A DNA stretch of 64,000 nucleotides from a virus, in IMG/VR virus record IMGVR_UViG_3300037963_003542. One strand, given 5' to 3'. The notes below the pieces were generated by a model. The model had not been told where the DNA came from. It saw only the letters and a list, made by a program, of their open reading frames with translations, and made no database searches. The first letter of the stretch is position 1; every line of letters begins with the position of its first letter. Positions 1-9,955 of this stretch are shown here, piece after piece. The position numbers and the translations under genes are program-made.

Positions 1-1
1 T

Positions 2-64
2 GGCGGTTATGAAGTTGCGTCTAAACGACTACTTATGGCAATGACCACTGCTATGGGCATCTGA
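2..64 (+). CDS. 3' end of upstream structural-type gene (partial)
   Basis: Open frame GGYEVASKRLLMAMTTAMGI* runs off the left edge. The hydrophobic ...AMxxAMG C-terminus resembles cyanophage tail-region proteins. Confidence 0.55.
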   Translation, partial: GGYEVASKRLLMAMTTAMGI

Positions 65-105
65 TGCTTTTTACCGTAAACATCATTAAGGATAATTAAC
101 TAAAA

Positions 106-3100
106 ATGGCAAAAAAACTAGCACACAACTATTCATTCGATGCCTCAGAAAGGCAGGTCAGGATTGACGGTAATATTTCTCATGATAGACTTTTACTTAT
201 CACAAATATTACTGATAATGTAAATATCTATAATTTTGCAGACCCTACACTCAAAGCTACTGCTATTGAGTATGATGAATTTACCGAGGAGACTGTTATT
301 ACTCTGGCTCATGATACGAACCAGATGTCTGATAGTGATACATTGCAAATCTTTTATGAAAAAGATTATATTGCAATGGAACCTTCGGAAACATATGTTG
401 ACCCTGTTTCCAAGTTCCGTGTATCAACACCAGAAAACCTGATTGATACTGACTTTGAATATGGTCCTCAGGCATCTAAGTGGGAAACTCTACAGCTGAT
501 TAACCAGATTCCTTCGTTCTTCTCCAGTACTTCTGACACCACGATTCAACTTATTGAGAGTGTTGAGTCCACTCAAGATAACGAACTTATCACTGTAAAG
601 ACTGGTTTCGAGCATGGTCTTGCTAGTGGTACTCCTATTACAGTAACTGGTCTTACGTCTATTACTGCAGAAGGTACTTATCTTATTCAGTCAGTACCTA
701 ATACTACATCATTTACATACAAGGCAAGAGCCAGACAACTTAATTCAGCAAGATTAGAAGGTACATATACTTCTATTATTCCTGGTCAGTTCTTCCAAGG
801 TTCTCAAATTACTGTTGATACCTCAGTTGGTATTACTAGTGATTATTTTGAAGTCGCTGTCACCGTTCTCAATACAATTGAAATCGATACTGGTTCTGTT
901 GTAAGTGGTACTTGGGCTATCGGAAATTCTGTAAGTTCTGATGGTGGTGCTACAGGTATTCTTTCTAAGAGAGATGGGACAAAAATTTGGCTTAGAGATG
1001 TTGTAGGAACATTCTCCCCAGCAGATACTATTGTCATTACTGGTTCATCTGTCACATATACTGTCTCGTCAGCTGGTGGTGGTAAGAATGTATTCTTCCT
1101 CGATGACGTACAGCAACCATCATATAATCTGAGAAAGAAGGCAATTTATGACTTCGATCTCTCAAGTGCGACTTTAACTGGTCATACATTTAAGTTCTCA
1201 GAAACTGTAGATGGTATCTTCGGTCCTGACGGATATGCCGCTGGTGATCCTAATGATACTGGTGACGCAGGTACTGAGTACGTTACATTCGTCAAGATGA
1301 CTGGAACTCCTGGATCAGCAGGTGCTTATCTGAGAATTTATACTACAAATGCAACACCAGACTTGAATTACTATTGCAGTAATCACTCTGGAATGGGTGG
1401 CGCATCTCCTTCCGTTTATGTTACAGACACTAAAGTTCTTCTGAGAACTGTTGCTGAGCATGGTTTTGCTGATGACACCAACTTCTACTTCGTTAACTCA
1501 ATTTCACCAAAAGCTCTTGATGTTGTTGATTCAGCAGCAACTGCTCCTGATGGAAGACCTTATGTTGATCATGTTGACAGTCTGAGTATCAGTGCATCTC
1601 CTGATCAAGATGAAACAATTCCATATGATAACGAGTCTACCTATACTCTGAAATTCTCTGAATCCGCAGTTAATTATTCTGCAGACACAATTACATATGA
1701 GAATCATGGTTTGCAAAATGGTTACGCACTACTTTATTATCCTGCACCTGGAGACACTCCAATTGGCGGTTTGAGTAGAATGTGTGTATATTATGCAGAA
1801 AGAATTGATGCAAATAACTTCAAACTTCATGACTCTCAGAGAGTTAATATTCTGAAGAACCTTTCTGCTGGTGGAACATGGACTTTTGGTAACCACAACT
1901 TAGGTCTTTGCTACAATACTCGTAGAGAGTATAAGAGTTGGGGTGATGAGTACATGTACTACTACACCTACTACTGGTCTAACCGTGGAACTTACTCGGG
2001 ACATGATTTCTCAAGTAACACTGCTCCATATAATTCTACATATGGTCTCGGAAACCAAGCATGGGACTTTGTTGCAGCGTTCTCAATCAGAAGACCTGGA
2101 TTTGGTAACAGTGGTCATAATAGATATACCAATAACTATGAGTGGACGCAGAGATTCGGCACCAACTGGCAAACCTATGGATATAACCTGCAGACGCTCC
2201 CAATGGGAACAACTGCAATTTATCAAGGCGACTATGACTTCATCACCGACAACTACAATCATGGCGTAAACGGTGATAACACTGGTGGTTATAGCTATGG
2301 TTATACCTATGGTGGTTATAACAGAGTTAATGGTAGAAGTTACTGGACCAGCACCATCTGGGGCGACAACATGAACTCAGATCGCCTGAGAATCTACGGT
2401 AATGACTATTCATACTGGAGATATCAAGGTGACGCCGATGGATGGTGGGCAAGTAGAAGTGGATACCGTGATACTAATGACAGATATCATGGTGGTGTTA
2501 GTGAGGATGGTCGTACTAACATGTACTTTATGCTTTGTAAGCGTAATACAAGTACTAACGACTCGTTCTATGTTGAAGGTGGACACAGATTTAGTACTAA
2601 TGACTTCGTAACACTGACAGTTAACTCTGGTCAAGGTATTCGCTATTATACAAATAGAACCACTGGAGTAAGTACCTATAACACTGGATCTCAATTCTAT
2701 ATTGAAGTTGTTGATGAGAACAGATTCAGACTTAAGACAAGCACTGGTTCATCTCCTGTAAGAATTGCTGCTGCTAATGGTGATTATTCTTTTGATGGTG
2801 TTGTAACTAACATCTTCAAGAACTCCTTCTATATTACCAACAACCAATTCTCTAACGGCGAATTGATTCTGGTAACAGAAGATGTTGGTGCTTCTCTGCC
2901 TCCTGAAATTGCCAATAACGGTTCATACTACTTCCGCGCTATTGACGGTAATAGATTCCAGCTTCTTACGAATGCTACTGACAGCAATGAGATTGATCTC
3001 TCAACTGGCGGTACTGGTTTGGTTACGTTTGAAAACGCTTCTGCATCCTTCGGTGCGGTTGACGGTTCATATACTACAACTAGAGCAATTGACGAGTTCA

Positions 3101-5853
3101 CTCTTGAAATTACCCTACCATTCAAGATCTCTCCTGGTAAGAAACCATTTGATGCTGCCAATGATGTTGATGTTTCTAATGATCTGATTACTATTCCTAA
3201 CCACTTCTTCTCAGCTGGTACTCGCGTAATTTATGATGCGAATGGCAATGCCGATGTTGGTGGTCTGACAACTAACACTGACTACTATATCATTGTTAAA
3301 GATAATAATGATGTTCAACTTGCTGCATCGCTTGCCGATGCTGTTGCTGCAGTCCCAACTCCTATCACAATCTCAGGAACCTCAACTGGTACGCACAGAT
3401 TGATTACTGCTAACCTGTCTGGTCTTGTTACTGGTGCAGGTACAGTTGCTTGTACTAACCAGTCCAGAAAAATCATTGGTACTGATACTCAGTTCAAGCG
3501 TTACTTCAAGATTGGTGATGTTGTCACTCTTATTGACACAACTACATCACCAACTGGTACACTCCATGAGCGCAGAATTACTGCAATTAAGGATGACCAA
3601 GAAATGCTGGTTAACGAGGAAGTTACATTTACTGACTCTAACGCTAAGTACTTCATTCCTACCTTCATCTATGTACGTCCTGATGGATACTTCCTCCACA
3701 GACCATTTGATGGTGGTATGGAAATTGGTACTTCCAAGTCTCCTGACGGTCTCATCTGTCGTCAAACTCGTAAGTACTTCCGTTATCAGTCAGGTAAAGG
3801 TATCCAGACCTCATTCGCTATCAACTTCATTCCACAGAACCAGATTGTTCTACTTTCCTACACCCCACAAGGTACTCCAGGAACTTATACATTCAGTGGT
3901 ACTGCTGGAGAATTTGAAGCAACTGTTAGTGAAGGAACTGCCAACCTCGCAGCTGGCATGGAAGTCGTATCAGGAACTGGTCTTGCATCAACCTGTGTGA
4001 TCAACACAATTATTGATGCTAATACAGTAGAATTGTCTTCTGCTCTGACACAGACAATTACGAATGAATCAGTTGTATTGGATGTTGCTAAGTATTCTAC
4101 AATCAAGGCTCAAAGACCTCATAACGTTGAAGTCGGAACAATCATTACTATTACTCAATCTGACGTTGAGCAATATAATGGAGACTTCGCTGTTTCTGAG
4201 ATCATTAATGACTTTGAGTTCAGAATCCAAGTTAAGGATCTTCCTAACAACGTTTCTGCATCTGGTGGATTCCCACAATTCGGTGTTAAGAACTGGATTA
4301 ACTCTGCTGTTCGTGCTGGTATGTTCGACTTCCAGAACGGATTCTTCTTCGAGTATGATGGCGACACTCTGAATTGTGTAAGAAGATCTTCAGTCCAACA
4401 GTTAACTGGTACTCTCTCAGTAACACTGAATAGTTCAGTGGTTGAAGGTACTGAAACTCTGTTTACATCACAACTTGCAGAAGGCGATAACATTGTTATT
4501 CGTGGTATGACACATAGAGTTGTCAAGATCAGAAACAACAATGAATTGGTTATGCAACCTGCATATCGTGGTGTTACTAACACTAACGTTATCGGTACTA
4601 AGACTGTTGATGTTAGAACAGGTCAGGCAAACTGGAACATTGATAAGTGTGATGGTAATGGAGTCTCAGGATTCGTCCTTGACATCAACAGAATCCAGAT
4701 GTGCTACATGGATTACTCCTGGTACGGTGCTGGTAAGATCCGTTATGGATTCAAGGATCAGAACGGTCACGTCAAGTACGTCCACGAATACAAGCACAAC
4801 AACCGCTTACGCGAATCGTACTTCCGTTCAGGTAACCTGCCTGCTCGTTACGAAATTGAAAACACTGGTTCACCTAACTTCGTACCATCGCTGTTCCACT
4901 GGGGTACTTCAGTCATTATGGACGGTATGTTCCAGGATGACGAAGCGTACTTGTTCACGGCGTCAGGTAACGTCCTTAAGTTTACCAACGCTTCTACGCA
5001 GACTTCAACTTCCAACGGAAATGCAATTGTTATTGAGTCTAGAATTTCCTGGTGGAACTCAATCTACTTCATCAGAATTCCATTCAACACTAGCGAAACA
5101 TCCAAACTGACAGTTAACACGCAAATCTATAACAATAGCGTTGCTAATAACTACTTTGCTGAAGGTCGTATCATTGACTCCAGATCTAGTACATCTGGTT
5201 CCACATATTATGTTTGGATTCAGTACCTTAGCAATGCACAGAGTGTCTTCCCCAGAAGATATTCTTCACAGGTTGCTTCTGCTCTTGGTGGATCTTCAAA
5301 CAACGTATTCGGAAGCACTACATTCAACGCTGGTGCGCCTGCTGGATCTGATAACAAGATTCCTGATTACATGCCTCTGGTTTCTATTAGACTTGCACCT
5401 TCGGTTGACTCCTCTATCACTGGTGCTCTGGGTCAAAGAGAAATCATCAACCGAATGCAGTTGGCACTTGAATCAGTTGGTGTACAGTTGACGCACGACT
5501 CTGAGGTTACACTGATTCTGAATGCTGAACTGAGTACTGACCTTTACGAAGATGTATCCTCACCTTCACTCTGTCAGCTGGTTAAGCACACTGCTAATGA
5601 AACCATCTCGGGCGGTCAGAGAATTCTCTCCTTCCGCGCAACTGGTGGAGATAACTTCAGTTCCCAGACTACTGACTATGACTTGAGCGAGATCTCCTCA
5701 CTGGGTAACTCAATTCTTGGTGGTGATGGTGTCTATCCTAACGGACCTGACCTTCTCACAATTATCGCAGAAGTTATTGACTCCTCTGGTGTCAGCACCA
5801 GCACTCCTTATTCCGCTTCTGCTAGAATTACCTGGAAGGAATCTCAGGCATAA
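106..5853 (+). CDS. Giant virion structural protein (tail/baseplate/fibre-associated, modular beta-rich)
   Basis: 1915-aa ORF rich in T/S/G/N, with repeated HG(L/F)xxGxx(I/V) modules, a YYCSNHSGMGG motif and a C-terminal ...ARITWKESQA. This architecture is typical of cyanomyovirus tail-region proteins. Confidence 0.75.
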   Translation: MAKKLAHNYSFDASERQVRIDGNISHDRLLLITNITDNVNIYNFADPTLKATAIEYDEFTEETVITLAHDTNQMSDSDTLQIFYEKDYIAMEPSETYVDPVSKFRVSTPENLIDTDFEYGPQASKWETLQLINQIPSFFSSTSDTTIQLIESVESTQDNELITVKTGFEHGLASGTPITVTGLTSITAEGTYLIQSVPNTTSFTYKARARQLNSARLEGTYTSIIPGQFFQGSQITVDTSVGITSDYFEVAVTVLNTIEIDTGSVVSGTWAIGNSVSSDGGATGILSKRDGTKIWLRDVVGTFSPADTIVITGSSVTYTVSSAGGGKNVFFLDDVQQPSYNLRKKAIYDFDLSSATLTGHTFKFSETVDGIFGPDGYAAGDPNDTGDAGTEYVTFVKMTGTPGSAGAYLRIYTTNATPDLNYYCSNHSGMGGASPSVYVTDTKVLLRTVAEHGFADDTNFYFVNSISPKALDVVDSAATAPDGRPYVDHVDSLSISASPDQDETIPYDNESTYTLKFSESAVNYSADTITYENHGLQNGYALLYYPAPGDTPIGGLSRMCVYYAERIDANNFKLHDSQRVNILKNLSAGGTWTFGNHNLGLCYNTRREYKSWGDEYMYYYTYYWSNRGTYSGHDFSSNTAPYNSTYGLGNQAWDFVAAFSIRRPGFGNSGHNRYTNNYEWTQRFGTNWQTYGYNLQTLPMGTTAIYQGDYDFITDNYNHGVNGDNTGGYSYGYTYGGYNRVNGRSYWTSTIWGDNMNSDRLRIYGNDYSYWRYQGDADGWWASRSGYRDTNDRYHGGVSEDGRTNMYFMLCKRNTSTNDSFYVEGGHRFSTNDFVTLTVNSGQGIRYYTNRTTGVSTYNTGSQFYIEVVDENRFRLKTSTGSSPVRIAAANGDYSFDGVVTNIFKNSFYITNNQFSNGELILVTEDVGASLPPEIANNGSYYFRAIDGNRFQLLTNATDSNEIDLSTGGTGLVTFENASASFGAVDGSYTTTRAIDEFTLEITLPFKISPGKKPFDAANDVDVSNDLITIPNHFFSAGTRVIYDANGNADVGGLTTNTDYYIIVKDNNDVQLAASLADAVAAVPTPITISGTSTGTHRLITANLSGLVTGAGTVACTNQSRKIIGTDTQFKRYFKIGDVVTLIDTTTSPTGTLHERRITAIKDDQEMLVNEEVTFTDSNAKYFIPTFIYVRPDGYFLHRPFDGGMEIGTSKSPDGLICRQTRKYFRYQSGKGIQTSFAINFIPQNQIVLLSYTPQGTPGTYTFSGTAGEFEATVSEGTANLAAGMEVVSGTGLASTCVINTIIDANTVELSSALTQTITNESVVLDVAKYSTIKAQRPHNVEVGTIITITQSDVEQYNGDFAVSEIINDFEFRIQVKDLPNNVSASGGFPQFGVKNWINSAVRAGMFDFQNGFFFEYDGDTLNCVRRSSVQQLTGTLSVTLNSSVVEGTETLFTSQLAEGDNIVIRGMTHRVVKIRNNNELVMQPAYRGVTNTNVIGTKTVDVRTGQANWNIDKCDGNGVSGFVLDINRIQMCYMDYSWYGAGKIRYGFKDQNGHVKYVHEYKHNNRLRESYFRSGNLPARYEIENTGSPNFVPSLFHWGTSVIMDGMFQDDEAYLFTASGNVLKFTNASTQTSTSNGNAIVIESRISWWNSIYFIRIPFNTSETSKLTVNTQIYNNSVANNYFAEGRIIDSRSSTSGSTYYVWIQYLSNAQSVFPRRYSSQVASALGGSSNNVFGSTTFNAGAPAGSDNKIPDYMPLVSIRLAPSVDSSITGALGQREIINRMQLALESVGVQLTHDSEVTLILNAELSTDLYEDVSSPSLCQLVKHTANETISGGQRILSFRATGGDNFSSQTTDYDLSEISSLGNSILGGDGVYPNGPDLLTIIAEVIDSSGVSTSTPYSASARITWKESQA

Positions 5854-5855
5854 TT

Positions 5856-5863
5856 TATAAATA
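5856..5863 (+). promoter_or_regulatory. T4-type late promoter TATAAATA
   Basis: Exact gp55 consensus immediately upstream of the 5887 ORF (GGAG RBS follows). Confidence 0.8.
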
Positions 5864-5886
5864 CTAACACGGAGTTAAAACAACAA

Positions 5887-6210
5887 ATGGAAGTATCTGC
5901 TAAAATTAACATTAACCCCTATTTGGGGTCCAGAGGTTCTAAAGGAAGAACAATGAATGTCACCGAAGAGCAGTTTGCAACTGCTCTTGCGGCTTGTAAC
6001 TGGGAATGGCATGACATCACTGATGATGCTACTGACGAACAACTTGCTGCATATGAAACTGCTAAAGCTTCATATGAGTTAGTTGCTAGTATGTACGATG
6101 CACTTCTTGCTAAGTATAGCAAGGACAAAAAAGCGAGAAAAAAAGTTCATCTTCAGTATAATGCTGCTGCTCCAGACATGTACAAGAAAGAACCTGAACA
6201 AATGTGGTGA
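5887..6210 (+). CDS. Hypothetical protein (late)
   Basis: 107-aa ORF between a late promoter and a terminator. Confidence 0.7.
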   Translation: MEVSAKININPYLGSRGSKGRTMNVTEEQFATALAACNWEWHDITDDATDEQLAAYETAKASYELVASMYDALLAKYSKDKKARKKVHLQYNAAAPDMYKKEPEQMW

Positions 6211-6222
6211 TTAATTTATCAC

Positions 6223-6254
6223 AAAAAAAAGACCGCCCTTCGGGGCGGTTTTTT
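6223..6254. terminator. Bidirectional intrinsic terminator
   Basis: A8-G-ACCGCCC-TTCG-GGGCGGT-T-tract between convergent genes. Confidence 0.9.
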
Positions 6255-6259
6255 AATGC

Positions 6260-7060
6260 TTAGCGAAGAACAGCAACTAAAGAATATCTAATTGTATTCG
6301 GAACATCTGATCTAAAATACACACTATGCCAATACTTTCCTTTATATAAAGAAACTGAATTAAAATCTGCTGAGATTTTATGATATTGAGCGAAGTCTTT
6401 ATCACCACTATAATATGGCCAAGGAGTTACATCTGAAGAATTTTCAACATAAGAATCTAATGAAGATTTATATTTTAACACATCATTAGAATTTCCAGAT
6501 CTGAACAACTCTTCATTGGTGTAGTACTCTTTTTCATCTCCAATAAATTTATAAAAGGAGGTTCCAGTATCTTCAACGTCTGTTAGATATATATTTCCAG
6601 CATATTTAAATTGGTCTAAATGCGGTCTATAATTTAACCTATAGGATTTCATTCCAGAATAAATGCAGTTGGTATAGAATTCCCACAATGGAGGAGACCA
6701 ACCATAATGAACTAATTTATTTTTCTCCATAATATTATGGAGACTTTTGGAAATTGATTTAAACCAGAAAGCATTCATTACTTGCTGAAATCCTGGAGAT
6801 TTACTTCCTCTAACATTTTCCCCACCATTCACTAAAGTTTTCATTAGGTCTTCGGCAGGAAAATTAATAAGAAAATTCCTAAGATCAACAGGATTCTTAA
6901 GAAAATTTCTTATTTTCAGATATTCCAGTTTCTCTACCTTACATACTTCTATATCGCAATCAGGATTGACTTGAGTAATTTCTTCAATTTCTTGATATGA
7001 ACATCTATAAAATTGATCCAAAGAAATATTATTCTTCGGATCAATTACATTATCACTCAT
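6260..7060 (-). CDS. 2OG-Fe(II) oxygenase-like protein (DUF6445-like)
   Basis: PHLD HxD motif, then AGNIYL, GTSFYK, and a distal WHS His followed by RYS. Consistent with a double-stranded beta-helix oxygenase fold. Confidence 0.65.
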   Translation of the reverse strand: MSDNVIDPKNNISLDQFYRCSYQEIEEITQVNPDCDIEVCKVEKLEYLKIRNFLKNPVDLRNFLINFPAEDLMKTLVNGGENVRGSKSPGFQQVMNAFWFKSISKSLHNIMEKNKLVHYGWSPPLWEFYTNCIYSGMKSYRLNYRPHLDQFKYAGNIYLTDVEDTGTSFYKFIGDEKEYYTNEELFRSGNSNDVLKYKSSLDSYVENSSDVTPWPYYSGDKDFAQYHKISADFNSVSLYKGKYWHSVYFRSDVPNTIRYSLVAVLR

Positions 7061-7898
7061 AATCTTGATCTTCTGCTGGGGTATAACTACATGCTAAAGA
7101 GTATCTGAGATTCTTTTCTGTTGATGCATCATAATCTGCATTATGCCAGAAAGCTCCTTTATATGCTGTGAGTGTATTAAATTTAAATGGAGCGGTATGA
7201 TATCTCTCAAAAACATGATGATTGTCAGGAATAGAAATATAAGTTTCTGGAGACAGATCATCAACTTGTTGAAGTGAATTCAATAATTTACTCAACTCTA
7301 CTCTGTCCTCAAGTTCAGTAACCTCAGATAAAGAAACCACTGATGGATATTTCTCATCTTTGAACTTGAGATTATAAAATGACGTACCACCGCCAATTTC
7401 TTCTTCACTAAGATATACATTAAATCCAAACATAGATTGATCAAATCTAGGCATAAAATTATTATGCCAATTCTTCATGTTTGGTCTAAAAATATTTGTA
7501 TAATATGAGAATTGAGCAAGTTGATTGCTCAAACCATTCATATCTTGTGCAGCCCAATAATCTTTTTCAACAAAATCATAATCTACAAGAAGTTTATATA
7601 AAATAAATGACACTCCTTCCAGATAGGAATTTGGAATGATTTGCTGCTCTCCAGGAGGTTTAATCATAAATTGATTGGGATCTTCAGATTGCTGAAGTTC
7701 TTCAAAAAATCTATCTTTATTCTGTACTGGAAATTTTTTTAATGCCTCTATAACTGCATCGGGATCACTAAAGAAATCATGAACAGTGATAATAGTTAGA
7801 TCATCAATAACTTGCTTTTCGACCTCAAAATTTTTGTTGATTTCAAATGCGTACTTAAAATCAACCTGACTAAACTCATCATATTTTACATTAATCAT
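7053..7898 (-). CDS. 2OG-Fe(II) oxygenase-like paralog (DUF6445-like), first His replaced
   Basis: Aligns by eye to 6260..7060 (PRFD...FNVYL...GGTSFY...FNTLTAYKGAFWHN...RYSL). Confidence 0.6.
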   Translation of the reverse strand: MINVKYDEFSQVDFKYAFEINKNFEVEKQVIDDLTIITVHDFFSDPDAVIEALKKFPVQNKDRFFEELQQSEDPNQFMIKPPGEQQIIPNSYLEGVSFILYKLLVDYDFVEKDYWAAQDMNGLSNQLAQFSYYTNIFRPNMKNWHNNFMPRFDQSMFGFNVYLSEEEIGGGTSFYNLKFKDEKYPSVVSLSEVTELEDRVELSKLLNSLQQVDDLSPETYISIPDNHHVFERYHTAPFKFNTLTAYKGAFWHNADYDASTEKNLRYSLACSYTPAEDQDYE

Positions 7899-8335
7899 GC
7901 TTCAATCTCCTCCTCTCTTCCTTGTCCGTCCAGCGCAGATGCATCAATACCTTGAGTAACAACAGTCTTATCAGTATTTACTGTTACTCTATTCGTATGT
8001 TGCTCTAGATAATGCTGAACGATTGTACTGTATGCTTCAGTAACTACTTTGTGAGGATCGTAAATACAATCAATGAAGTCATACTGCAAATCAAATTCTC
8101 TCGTCGATGCTAGAGGACACCAAGATCTGAATGCATATGATGCTGGAGTTTCATCTCCACCACCAACTTCAGTATTATTTTCAGTCAAAGTAAGTTTTTC
8201 TTCAAATTTATAATCAACAACATAAGGGTGTTCGATTCTATATCCCAATGCTTTATTTTGTCCCTGATCAATAACTTCTCTTACGTCAGCAATAACAGTT
8301 TCTCCTGTACGAAGGAGACAGACTTTGATACTCAT
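7895..8335 (-). CDS. Cyanophage Sm-like domain protein
   Basis: Likely start MSIKVCLLRTGETVIADVREV at 8335, downstream of a sigma70 promoter. N-terminal hhLxoGExhh motif shared with four other ORFs in the window. Confidence 0.6.
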   Translation of the reverse strand: MSIKVCLLRTGETVIADVREVIDQGQNKALGYRIEHPYVVDYKFEEKLTLTENNTEVGGGDETPASYAFRSWCPLASTREFDLQYDFIDCIYDPHKVVTEAYSTIVQHYLEQHTNRVTVNTDKTVVTQGIDASALDGQGREEEIEA

Positions 8336-8357
8336 GAAAAACTCCAGATTTGAATAA

Positions 8358-8386
8358 ATTATAGTACGGTTTGCAGTACTCGTCAA
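8358..8386 (-). promoter_or_regulatory. sigma70-type early promoter
   Basis: TTGACG-17 bp-TATAAT on the minus strand, upstream of the Sm-like/oxygenase operon. Confidence 0.8.
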
Positions 8387-8456
8387 GCTATTCTCCGCTT
8401 TTTCGGAGTACTCATGGTAATATATATAATATTAGTCAAGGTAATTTTTTTAGAAT

Positions 8457-8807
8457 ATGGCTCTGATATCCGAACTGCCAATTTTTCAAGTTGCACAAGA
8501 AGCAGAAGAAAAGCATGGCGTAGATACTCATATGGTGATTGAAGTGGTTTTAAAACCTTATGTCGCAGAAGCTCTTGAGGGCGACGATGAGGATTATGAT
8601 CCATCGTATGTTGGAGAGGATGATGTTTATTGGTGGGTCGAATTTGAAAATGAGATCAAAGTGTTTGATTCATTTGCTGTCGTCAAAGATTATCTTTTGA
8701 ACAAAGCAGTTAAAACTGGAGATGGTCCTACTGTGGAGTTCCGTGACGAAGATCTCAATGGAGAAGAACTTAGTTATGAGGGATTAATTAATGGCAACGT
8801 TGATTGA
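8457..8807 (+). CDS. Acidic hypothetical protein
   Basis: 116-aa ORF with about 30 D/E vs 7 K/R. First gene of the plus-strand oxygenase/halogenase operon. Confidence 0.65.
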   Translation: MALISELPIFQVAQEAEEKHGVDTHMVIEVVLKPYVAEALEGDDEDYDPSYVGEDDVYWWVEFENEIKVFDSFAVVKDYLLNKAVKTGDGPTVEFRDEDLNGEELSYEGLINGNVD

Positions 8808-9384
8808 ACTTTTTCCTAAGTCTGTATATGTACAAGATAATGTTTGTGCTGATCACCTAGAAGATTTAAAATCTGCTGTATACGATCTCAAAAATAAAAC
8901 AATAAGATCTCCTCTGCTTAATGTAGATACCTCACACTCTAGGATTAAAGATCTCCAAACTAAAAAACCTTTTGATATTCTATCAAAAGAAATTCTAACT
9001 CATGTTAGATCTTATATGAAAGAGTATGGGTATAGAAAAACTAAAAATGCTTACATTGAAAATTTTTGGTTTAATGTAAGCGGTCAATCAGACTATCTGT
9101 TTCCACATATACATTATGGATCATTCCTTTCTGGAGCATTCTATATAAAAACTCAACCAGAAAATATGATTCTATTTCATGATGAAAATAAAAATTACTA
9201 TGAAGATCCAGAAGTTCTAACAAAATTTAGTGAGACCATACACCCACTTCAATGTAAAAATGGAAGACTGATTATATTCTCAAGTGACTTCCATCACTCA
9301 ACTCCTCCTCAACAATCAAAGGGAGATAAAATTGTAATATCATTTAACATATCATTGGAGAGAAAAAATTATGGCACGAACTAA
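8791..9384 (+). CDS. 2OG-Fe(II) oxygenase family protein (TIGR02466-like)
   Basis: W(F)N...PHIHYGSFLSGAFYIK...LIIFSSDFHHS...KIVISFN pattern. Confidence 0.8.
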   Translation: MATLIELFPKSVYVQDNVCADHLEDLKSAVYDLKNKTIRSPLLNVDTSHSRIKDLQTKKPFDILSKEILTHVRSYMKEYGYRKTKNAYIENFWFNVSGQSDYLFPHIHYGSFLSGAFYIKTQPENMILFHDENKNYYEDPEVLTKFSETIHPLQCKNGRLIIFSSDFHHSTPPQQSKGDKIVISFNISLERKNYGTN

Positions 9385-9955
9385 TTACACGATTGGAATT
9401 TTTGATTTACCAATAAAAGTATTGCCAGTTTTTTCTTGGGACAGGAAGAAAGAAGAAATCCTAGCACTCAAAACTGATAATCTAAAAAAAGTAAAGCACG
9501 AAAATATCATAACAGATTTTAGGCACAGTTCTAAAAAATCACATAACTATTCAAAAAAACTCGAAGAAATTTTCTATGATGAACTGCAGTTAATTTATAG
9601 AGAATTTAACTTAAAAGATTATTTTATAAGAAATTCTTGGATGGAAGTTGCAGAGAAAACCATGAATCATGCTGTACATAATCATGGTGCCATTGGTTTT
9701 AGTGCAGTTGTATTCGTAGACTTTGATCCTAAGGTACACACTCCAACTCAGTTCATATCACCATATGGAGATTGGGAGACTGGAACAACAAAAACATTTG
9801 TACCTAGAGGAATTGAAGAAGGATCTTTATTAGTGTTTCCATCTATGTTGAATCACTACACAGACCCAAATAATAGTGATATCCCTAGAACTATACTATC
9901 ATTCAATATCAATAGAAAAGCAGAGTCAATGTATCCTTCGGAGTACGAATCATGA
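9371..9955 (+). CDS. 2OG-Fe(II) oxygenase family protein (TIGR02466-like)
   Basis: SW...VHNHGAIGFSAVVFV...LLVFPSMLNHYT...RTILSFN pattern. Confidence 0.8.
   Translation: MARTNYTIGIFDLPIKVLPVFSWDRKKEEILALKTDNLKKVKHENIITDFRHSSKKSHNYSKKLEEIFYDELQLIYREFNLKDYFIRNSWMEVAEKTMNHAVHNHGAIGFSAVVFVDFDPKVHTPTQFISPYGDWETGTTKTFVPRGIEEGSLLVFPSMLNHYTDPNNSDIPRTILSFNINRKAESMYPSEYES

Noticed and set aside
8383-8604. 73-aa minus-strand ORF ending MSTPKKRRIA (NLS-like)
   Set aside because: It overlaps the plus-strand 8457 gene and the promoter region, with no supporting signals.
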